In this document: positions 57,007 through 64,000 of the stretch, one piece after another
How positions within the stretch are numbered: the stretch's first letter is position 1
Layout: every line of letters begins with the position of its first letter
Source: a virus
Lineage: Duplodnaviria; Caudoviricetes
Length of the DNA stretch: 64,000 nucleotides
IMG/VR virus record: IMGVR_UViG_3300042386_000659
Span: 36,768 to 100,767 of that record
Direction: 5' to 3' (one strand)
Translations under genes and position numbers: made by a program
Notes under the pieces: generated by a model
Told to the model about the DNA's origin: nothing
Database searches by the model: none
What the model saw: the letters and a program-made list of their open reading frames with translations, nothing else

Positions 57007-58425
57007 TTAATTTATATTTTCAATGAAATTAGTTAGTTCAGGAAAGTACTTAAAACAATCTAAATTTCTTCTTATCTGATATTGTGTTATAAATTCTTTG
57101 AAATTTTTTAAATCTGTAAAGAATTTATCATTCTTATCTTTTAATTTAATGTTTGATTGACTAATATAATACTCCTTTAATCTTGTAATTTTTTCAATCT
57201 CTTTTAATGAAAACCCCACATCATTTACTGATTGTGGTTGATTAAAATTAAGACTTCTATATGTTGAATTAAATTTCATATACTTTTCAAACCTATTAAA
57301 ATAGTCTTCATTAATATATCCAGATAGTAATGTGAAACTTAAAAAATTTGGATACCTTAGATATGATGTATCTAAAATAATTGAGGAGTTCCAATATCTT
57401 TGGGTGTTATAGTATTTAACTTTTAATTCATATATTTTTTTAATTAACTTCTCATATGAGAATACACTAAAAATATTAAATGTTGACATCACCACAACAG
57501 TAACCTTATCTAATTTATGAAGAATTTTTTCTATATTAGAAATTAAATTGTTAAAGTTCAAACCATGTCTAATATATTCCGCTTGTTCGCCATATGTGTC
57601 ACATGATGTGTAAATAATACATTCTTTAATTCTATCTTCTTTAATAATTCTATCTACCTTTTCAATTAATTTATCAATTAAAACATCATCGACACCCAAA
57701 TTACTGTTGATTGATAATTTAAGATTTCTATTCGGGGTTTCCGATTCTAATATATTATCTAATACCCCCCAAAAATCTTTTGATAATAATGGTTCTCCTC
57801 CAGTTATTCTGAAAGTATCTAAATTATTATAAAGTTTTGGCCACCATTCCCAAAAAGCATCAACATATGGGTTTAGTTCTGAATGTTTGTATGGTTTTGT
57901 TTTATTATTTTCAATTTCATCTAATCCATTGAATTCCATTGATGGTAATTTGTATCCACCATATTTGTTAATTTCTTCCATCCATTTAGATGAATATAAG
58001 GGACCACAATAAGCACATTTAAAATTACATACGTTTGAAAAACTTACCTCTACGTATTTTGGTATATAATCTTCTCTCCAATGTAATTTACTAATATCTT
58101 CAAAGTGAGGTTCGGACCATGGTTCCGCCGATTTAAATATCCTATCTGAAAATGATGTTGAGTTGTCTTCGATATTCCAACAATATTGACATTCGGACGG
58201 GCGTTTACCCTCCAACATTTCTTTTCTAGCTTGTTTTTTTACCTTACTATTATGTAATGCTGTTGGGTTTCGTTCTAACTCCTCTAAACTTATTTTATGG
58301 GGTGCTGGATGGTGGCAAGAATGTGTCATTCCGTTGTGTAAGTGCATGGTGACCTGAGTCCATTTTGCTAAACAGAATCCACAACCAATTTTATCCAACT
58401 TTATTTTAGTTTCGTTAAAATTCAT
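57007..58425 (-). CDS. Radical SAM protein with N-terminal twitch/SPASM-like domain
   Basis: CLAKW..SCHH..CQYC; SNVCNFKCAYC, ITGGEPL. Confidence 0.88.
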   Translation of the reverse strand: MNFNETKIKLDKIGCGFCLAKWTQVTMHLHNGMTHSCHHPAPHKISLEELERNPTALHNSKVKKQARKEMLEGKRPSECQYCWNIEDNSTSFSDRIFKSAEPWSEPHFEDISKLHWREDYIPKYVEVSFSNVCNFKCAYCGPLYSSKWMEEINKYGGYKLPSMEFNGLDEIENNKTKPYKHSELNPYVDAFWEWWPKLYNNLDTFRITGGEPLLSKDFWGVLDNILESETPNRNLKLSINSNLGVDDVLIDKLIEKVDRIIKEDRIKECIIYTSCDTYGEQAEYIRHGLNFNNLISNIEKILHKLDKVTVVVMSTFNIFSVFSYEKLIKKIYELKVKYYNTQRYWNSSIILDTSYLRYPNFLSFTLLSGYINEDYFNRFEKYMKFNSTYRSLNFNQPQSVNDVGFSLKEIEKITRLKEYYISQSNIKLKDKNDKFFTDLKNFKEFITQYQIRRNLDCFKYFPELTNFIENIN

Positions 58426-59837
58426 TATTTCATTTTGACATTTATGAATTTGGTATTAGGGTACAACGTATCGTCGACACTATCAATATCTAAAACATCT
58501 AAAATTTTGTTTAGTCCATCTTCTTTATAGTTTATCTTACCTTGTTGCATTTCGGTAACAAATCGTTTTTCATTTCTAGCCGTTGTTTCTCCTTTGGCCC
58601 ATTTCCCGTTCATGAAACCTTCATCTACGTGCGGTAAACAATAAAAACTACCCTCTCTTCTATATGGAATAATATTTTCGATTATTTCAATATCTTCGAT
58701 TGATAAATTAACATTTTGATTAATAATATGTTCACCATTCATATCCATATCTAAAACAATATTTTCCGTATTTTCGTAAACATCATTTATATTGTTAAAA
58801 AACTTATTATATATTTTAAAGTCAGATATCTTACCTTTGAATCTTGTATTAACATGAGGACAAAATCCTAATATAAATGGTCTAATTGCGTCATGTGTTT
58901 TTAGTTGTTCTCTAATTGGAAATGGTATATTTTGTTTTAATCCATTCATTTGAGATATCAATTCGTCATTAACATAGAAGTACGTATTTTGTTCTTCTGA
59001 ATTGTAACTCAACGTGACTTGTGTCCACATCCCCTCAAATCTTTTTACCCAATTATAATGTCGCATATTTGTTCTATCAAATACAGTCATTGTTACCGCT
59101 CTTGAATTGTTAAACGATAATCCCCACGTCCAACTTCCATCTTTTCTCAATAAAGGATATTCAACGAATTGTTTGTTTTCATCCCCCACTAACCAAATTG
59201 GTACCTTATCCTCTTGTTGGTCGGCACTAAACGTCAATGTTATTGTGTGGTCATTATGTAAACATGAACTAATTTCTCTATTTGTTGGTACATATATTGC
59301 GGAATTATCTCCATTAAAGGTTGCAATTAACTTATCTTTTTCTGTTTTTATAATTCTACCTGTAGTTAAACCTTCAAAATAACATCTCCAAAATAAATCA
59401 TCATCTTCTTGTCCCCAGTCCCAATATTCATTTGAATAACCGTTTGTTCTATATGCCTGTTCTTTACTAAACAAAACAACCCCACCAAAGTATTGATCAT
59501 AACCCAACCCATAATTATATTTTGATAATTTAGTTGCAATATGTATTGGTGTTTCTTCGGGATATGAATAATCACCTAATATTTGACCTTCTTCACCATA
59601 GGTTAACATATCAACATCATGCCAAGCGATATAATCACACCCGTCTTCAAATGCATAATATGATGCAATGTTTTTCATTGCCCCACGATTAAATAGTTTA
59701 TCGTCTATCTGATGTCCCACATAGAACGTATGGTCAATTCCTTGATTTGTTAAATGTGTTGAGAGGTGTGGGATTAACCTATCAATGTGCTCCTTTCTAT
59801 TTCTGTATGGTATACAGATTCCTAATTTATAACTCAT
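58425..59837 (-). CDS. GT7 (beta-1,4-galactosyltransferase-like) with inserted LamG domain
   Basis: IPYRNR, FNRG, HDVD, YFGGV, GYSNEYWDWGQEDDD; LamG-like insert; GT7 C-terminus DGLN. Confidence 0.82.
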   Translation of the reverse strand: MSYKLGICIPYRNRKEHIDRLIPHLSTHLTNQGIDHTFYVGHQIDDKLFNRGAMKNIASYYAFEDGCDYIAWHDVDMLTYGEEGQILGDYSYPEETPIHIATKLSKYNYGLGYDQYFGGVVLFSKEQAYRTNGYSNEYWDWGQEDDDLFWRCYFEGLTTGRIIKTEKDKLIATFNGDNSAIYVPTNREISSCLHNDHTITLTFSADQQEDKVPIWLVGDENKQFVEYPLLRKDGSWTWGLSFNNSRAVTMTVFDRTNMRHYNWVKRFEGMWTQVTLSYNSEEQNTYFYVNDELISQMNGLKQNIPFPIREQLKTHDAIRPFILGFCPHVNTRFKGKISDFKIYNKFFNNINDVYENTENIVLDMDMNGEHIINQNVNLSIEDIEIIENIIPYRREGSFYCLPHVDEGFMNGKWAKGETTARNEKRFVTEMQQGKINYKEDGLNKILDVLDIDSVDDTLYPNTKFINVKMK

Positions 59838-61258
59838 ATTCCTACTACAATATGTTTTTGATTATCGGCATGTGAGTAACTATGTTCTTTATATACACAA
59901 TTACTTAAACCATCGTCTTTTATATTTTTATGTCCTTTTGATACTTCATTATGAAATCTCATTTGGTTATATCTAGTTGTGATGTTTTTCCATCCTCCAT
60001 TAACATAACCGTTTTCTTCGTGTGGTATAAGTTCGAATGTACATTCTTTTTTAAAGGGAACGTCAATTAATTTAACCTCATCGAATGAATAACCAACCAT
60101 TTCACAATTAACAATTTCCCCATTATTTTCATTACCGGATAAATCAATTAACTTATAATCTTTAATAAATTTAGCATCATAATAGACTTTTAAATCATGT
60201 GATGATTGGTATTCTCCAAAATTTTGAGTTAGTCCAAAAAATTTATTTTTAGATATTTCCTCAATTTCTTTTTCGTTTAATATTTTAGAAAATGCCGAAA
60301 ATGAACTTATTAATCCTTTAAAATATTTTTCATCTTTCTCCCTATCGGGGTTACCAACACCTAAGTAAAAATTTTCTACTTTTCTATAATCATACGTCCT
60401 TCCGGTATATGTGGCATTTGAAACAAGAATACCATCTTGGTACATTTTAATTTCTTTTTTGTCGAAATCTATTGTAACGGCAATATTTGTTTTGTAATTC
60501 TTTTTAATGTCAGAATTGATGTATATGATATTTTTTTTATAATCATACATTTCAAAATTATATCTTGAGTATGAACTATAGTTTATTGATAAATCAAATC
60601 CAGGTATTGTAAAAACAGAAAAAGAATCATCATATGTTTCATGATTACATGTAAGTTCGTCCGGATAAAAGGTAATAAAAATTGTAACGGGGGTTTTATT
60701 ATCTATAATATTTTTACCCTTCACATATGCATTTTCTCCATTAAACTTTAATGCTGCAGTATTCCCACCCATTTGTGGAATTTCTTTTTTATTTAATGGT
60801 ATACTACATATTTGACATCTATATAACATATCATCATCCTCATATCCCCACCCCCAATATTCGTTTGAGTATCCGTTTATTTTTTCAAAAAGTTCAATGG
60901 GGAATAAAGTAACACCACTAAAATATTGATCGTGTGAAACTTTTTTAATGCCTCCAACTGTTTTAAAATTACTTGCTAATAATAATGGTATTTCTGAATA
61001 TGAATAATCAACATCTAAAGGTAACATATCAACGTCATGAAAAACAACGTAATTACATTTTAATTTTTTGGCGTAGATAAAACCTATGTTTAATAATTTA
61101 CCCCTATTAAACATTTTAGCATCGTCTTGTTCGACAACAATCAATTCAAAATCAATTCCTTTAGAACTTAGATATTCTATCAGTGTTTTTTTAAATTCAA
61201 TAAGTTGTTCATATCTATCCCTATAAGGTATTATGATACCTAACTTATTTTTTGCCAT
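59834..61258 (-). CDS. GT7 (beta-1,4-galactosyltransferase-like) with inserted LamG domain
   Basis: IPYRDR, FNRGKLLNIG, HDVD, NGYSNEYWGWGYEDDD; LamG insert (ALKFNG...DLSGNENNG); DGLS. Confidence 0.85.
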   Translation of the reverse strand: MAKNKLGIIIPYRDRYEQLIEFKKTLIEYLSSKGIDFELIVVEQDDAKMFNRGKLLNIGFIYAKKLKCNYVVFHDVDMLPLDVDYSYSEIPLLLASNFKTVGGIKKVSHDQYFSGVTLFPIELFEKINGYSNEYWGWGYEDDDMLYRCQICSIPLNKKEIPQMGGNTAALKFNGENAYVKGKNIIDNKTPVTIFITFYPDELTCNHETYDDSFSVFTIPGFDLSINYSSYSRYNFEMYDYKKNIIYINSDIKKNYKTNIAVTIDFDKKEIKMYQDGILVSNATYTGRTYDYRKVENFYLGVGNPDREKDEKYFKGLISSFSAFSKILNEKEIEEISKNKFFGLTQNFGEYQSSHDLKVYYDAKFIKDYKLIDLSGNENNGEIVNCEMVGYSFDEVKLIDVPFKKECTFELIPHEENGYVNGGWKNITTRYNQMRFHNEVSKGHKNIKDDGLSNCVYKEHSYSHADNQKHIVVGI

Positions 61259-61487
61259 TTTTATTTAATGTTACTTTTTCTTCTTTTGAAATTTGATTAA
61301 CTTGCTTTTCAACTTCCCATCTATGCCATTCATGTAAATAAAATTGAAGTCTATCACCCCATTCGTCCTTATTAATTTCTTCAAACCAAATGGTTAATGC
61401 GTCCATTGAATTAGCAATTTTTTCTAATGCCTTTACTTTACGTTGTTCTAAAAGTAATTGTTCCGTTTTTTCTTCTTTTTCTGTCAT
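61245..61487 (-). CDS. Hypothetical protein
   Basis: 80-aa ORF coupled to both neighbours. Confidence 0.6.
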   Translation of the reverse strand: MTEKEEKTEQLLLEQRKVKALEKIANSMDALTIWFEEINKDEWGDRLQFYLHEWHRWEVEKQVNQISKEEKVTLNKNGKK

Positions 61488-62335
61488 ATTGATATGATTT
61501 TTTTAATTAATTTATTCCATTGTTTATATCTTTTAAATTCAGGTTCCCCGTATGAATGTTCAATCATAAAATCTTTATGACTAACATCGATTTTAAATTT
61601 ACTTTTTCTTAGATTAAGGTACATTGTTGCATATTCATTTGAGTGTGCGTATTCTTGTTTTATATCTGCAACTTGTTTAATCCTATCAATACAAGTTTTA
61701 TCCCACTTGAAGTGGTGTACTTGCACATATTCATTTGGATTAATTAGTGGGTGGTTCCATCCTTGCCATTTCCAAGTTGTTTGTCCATCAATTTTAGCAT
61801 AATGTTGACCTGATGTAATTTCAACATATCCTTTCATCACGCATATCTTATTGGGACATGCCTTACTCATTGGGTGTCTAAAAAATCCCATAACAGGAAA
61901 TTGTTCAAATATCGGTTTATCTTCTTTTATTTCAGAGAACTTTCCATCTTCACCTATTCTATCAATGAATCCACCTCTCACAACGTCCCATCCATTCTCA
62001 TCACAATTACTAATTAATTTTCTTAAATCATCTTCAGGATATAAATGGAATTCATCAATATCAGCAACCACCCACCAATCATTTGGTTGTGTATTTTTAA
62101 CAAAATTATATAATTGTGTAACTTTTTCCCAATCGAAAACTCTATTATTAATAACCTTGATAATTTTTACATTATCATGATTATTAATTATTTCCTTAAT
62201 CTCATCACCTAATGATGGATACATGTCGGTTTCATAAACAGCTATGTTTATTTCATCAACATATTTTTTATAATGATTAATAAAATGTGGTAGTAAATTT
62301 GTTCCGTGACCTATAACTGTAACTAAACGAATCAT
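61484..62335 (-). CDS. Glycosyltransferase family 2-like
   Basis: LLPHFINHY, WWVVADIDEF, HHFKW. Confidence 0.7.
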   Translation of the reverse strand: MIRLVTVIGHGTNLLPHFINHYKKYVDEINIAVYETDMYPSLGDEIKEIINNHDNVKIIKVINNRVFDWEKVTQLYNFVKNTQPNDWWVVADIDEFHLYPEDDLRKLISNCDENGWDVVRGGFIDRIGEDGKFSEIKEDKPIFEQFPVMGFFRHPMSKACPNKICVMKGYVEITSGQHYAKIDGQTTWKWQGWNHPLINPNEYVQVHHFKWDKTCIDRIKQVADIKQEYAHSNEYATMYLNLRKSKFKIDVSHKDFMIEHSYGEPEFKRYKQWNKLIKKIISI

Positions 62336-63078
62336 TTTTTCTTATTAATAATGGTTATACCACTTGATGATGGTTTATCCATTAATATACGAAAATTATG
62401 TAAATTAATCAAATTATAGTTAGGATTTTTTTCAAGTTCCTTAACAAATATTGCTGGACCATCAAACTTATGGTGGTCTTTTTTTGAATCTTCGGTAACG
62501 ATTAACGTTTCCTCATAGTTCTCATCTGTATCATGTATAATGATTATACCATTATCTGACATTATCTTTGAATATAATTCAAAATCGGTTTTAATTCCTT
62601 CATATGAGTGATCACCATCAATGAATAGTACATCTATTTTAATATCTTGTCTAACAAAAAAGTCATAATACGCGTCGACAGAAGTCGATTTAATAAACCT
62701 CGGATAAAAATTTGTCCGATAGAATGATTCTTCATTATCCAAATCATTTGGGCCGCCAACACCATTACAAGCGTCAACGACATAGCTAGTACCAATGTCA
62801 CCCCAGTTATAGTCTCCATTTCCTTCAAATATGTTTTGTTTATGTAAATCAATTCTTGCTTGCGTCATGATTCTTGGAATGAACCCTCCTCCTGACCCTA
62901 TACAGACGCAAATTTTAGCTCTCATGTGTTGGATGATAGAATATACCAAAAGTCCGTCACCCATGTGTAAATCGGTTGCACCGTGTGTCCAACGATATGG
63001 TACCGGTTCATCACCATTGTTGGTAATATTCTTTTTTATGAAATCATCATTCGTTATCATCTCATCCAATTTGGCCAC
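62332..63078 (-). CDS. Class I SAM-dependent methyltransferase (Methyltransf_24-like)
   Basis: IGSGGG, LFIDGDHSYEG, IIIHDT. Confidence 0.82.
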   Translation of the reverse strand: MAKLDEMITNDDFIKKNITNNGDEPVPYRWTHGATDLHMGDGLLVYSIIQHMRAKICVCIGSGGGFIPRIMTQARIDLHKQNIFEGNGDYNWGDIGTSYVVDACNGVGGPNDLDNEESFYRTNFYPRFIKSTSVDAYYDFFVRQDIKIDVLFIDGDHSYEGIKTDFELYSKIMSDNGIIIIHDTDENYEETLIVTEDSKKDHHKFDGPAIFVKELEKNPNYNLINLHNFRILMDKPSSSGITIINKKK

Positions 63079-63782
63079 AAATGTCGTGGTGTGTGTCTTC
63101 TACTTATACTTATCATCTTACCTTCTAATAATTTATACAATTCGGTATCTCTTTGTACATTCATATTAGCTGATTTGCAACTTATTTGTATTGATATTCC
63201 TTCTCCCGCTCCACTTACTTCTTTTTTCAATGGAAGGTCCGAATATTCTTTTACTACTTGTAATTTTTCATAATAATAATAAAATGAATCCATATCAAAC
63301 CCATCTTTATTGATTACCAAAAAGTATTCCCACATTGTTTCAAAATTAAAAAATGGTGGATACAATTTAGATGCGTAATCAACATATGTTTTCCATTCAG
63401 GATTGGTTTCATTCACCAAGTCTTTTACAAATTCTTTCTTTGCATTATGATTTAATAAGGTATCAATATATGATACACCTTTCTTAAAATTATATGTTTT
63501 TAATGATTCTAAAAATGTGTAATCGGTGACGTGTGTGTCCGCATCAAGTAATATGCAGATGTCATGATTTTTTAAGATGTATTTTGGTAATATCATCTTA
63601 TCTGAATATGATTTTAAATGTCTATCATATTGAATTACAGTTACTTCTGTAAATTCTTCAGGTTTATCTGTCAGTACATACACAGATAAACCCACCTTCA
63701 ATAATTCTTTGATTTTTTCTTTGGCTCCTCTATAATAATAGTCTTCACCAAAACAAAATATTCCAAATCCTATATTATTCAT
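63057..63782 (-). CDS. Hypothetical protein, GT-like (DxD)
   Basis: VLTDKPE, YSDK, LLDAD, GAGEG. Confidence 0.55.
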   Translation of the reverse strand: MNNIGFGIFCFGEDYYYRGAKEKIKELLKVGLSVYVLTDKPEEFTEVTVIQYDRHLKSYSDKMILPKYILKNHDICILLDADTHVTDYTFLESLKTYNFKKGVSYIDTLLNHNAKKEFVKDLVNETNPEWKTYVDYASKLYPPFFNFETMWEYFLVINKDGFDMDSFYYYYEKLQVVKEYSDLPLKKEVSGAGEGISIQISCKSANMNVQRDTELYKLLEGKMISISRRHTPRHLWPNWMR

Positions 63783-63804
63783 GTGACTAATATAAGAAAA
63801 AAAA

Positions 63805-63975
63805 TTAAGATTGTGGAGTATTTCTTTCTAAAATTAACTCATCATAGAATAATTTAGCGGATAAATCATTTTCAAATGTTCTTCTTTCTCTTTCCCCATT
63901 TTCATTTATGAAATCCACCCACCAATAACCATAATTGGTGTTATCCATATCCATATTTATAAATCTTCTATTCAT
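63805..63975 (-). CDS. Small 56-aa hypothetical protein (MNRRFINMDMDNTNYGYWWVDF...), not in ORF track
   Basis: Read directly: ATG 63975 to TAA 63805. Confidence 0.5.
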   Translation of the reverse strand: MNRRFINMDMDNTNYGYWWVDFINENGERERRTFENDLSAKLFYDELILERNTPQS

Positions 63976-64000
63976 ATTATGTAGTTAATCCTGTTACGTA

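Noticed and set aside
1-64000. Alternative genetic code (stop-codon recoding) as in some large phages
   Set aside because: Standard code gives full-length, tightly abutting genes; TAA, TAG and TGA all occur as real stops
1-64000. Bacterial chromosomal LPS/capsule locus or eukaryotic giant virus origin
   Set aside because: No flippase, polymerase or export genes and no housekeeping context; tail-fibre and gp23-like sequences with bacterial-type promoters and overlapping genes favour a tailed phage, though no terminase or full capsid gene is in the window to prove it

Overview
AT-rich (roughly 30% GC by eye), gene-dense, intron-free segment that most likely comes from a large (jumbo-type) tailed phage of a Bacteroidota host. 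Evidence: a 2033-aa tail-fibre-like gene, a gp23-capsid-like fragment, TTTG-N20-TAnnTTTG promoter matches and A-rich starts without Shine-Dalgarno sites. Almost the whole window encodes modification chemistry. (1) 1.6-14.9 kb (+): a glycosylation operon with GT4/GT2 enzymes, DegT aminotransferase, acyltransferase, FabH/FabG, methyltransferases, PhyH and an epimerase. (2) 15-32 kb (-): tail fibre, three paralogous putative virion proteins, radical SAM, U32-family protein, methyltransferase, an atypical tRNA (Ser-type body, CCG anticodon), a TonB-dependent receptor and a permease. (3) 32-40 kb (-): a candidate RiPP-like system built around a circularly permuted ATP-grasp + Hint (intein-like) + Cys/Trp/Tyr-rich 25-aa peptide fusion. 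It is flanked by radical SAM, 2OG-Fe(II) oxygenases, sulfotransferases and PAPS-supply genes, and most of these proteins end in a shared K-[ST]-L-[ILM] C-terminal tag. (4) 40-64 kb (-): carbamoyltransferase, UDP-sugar dehydrogenase, a B12 radical SAM fusion, four more radical SAM enzymes and GT7-LamG glycosyltransferases. All functional calls come from motif recognition by eye; no searches were run.
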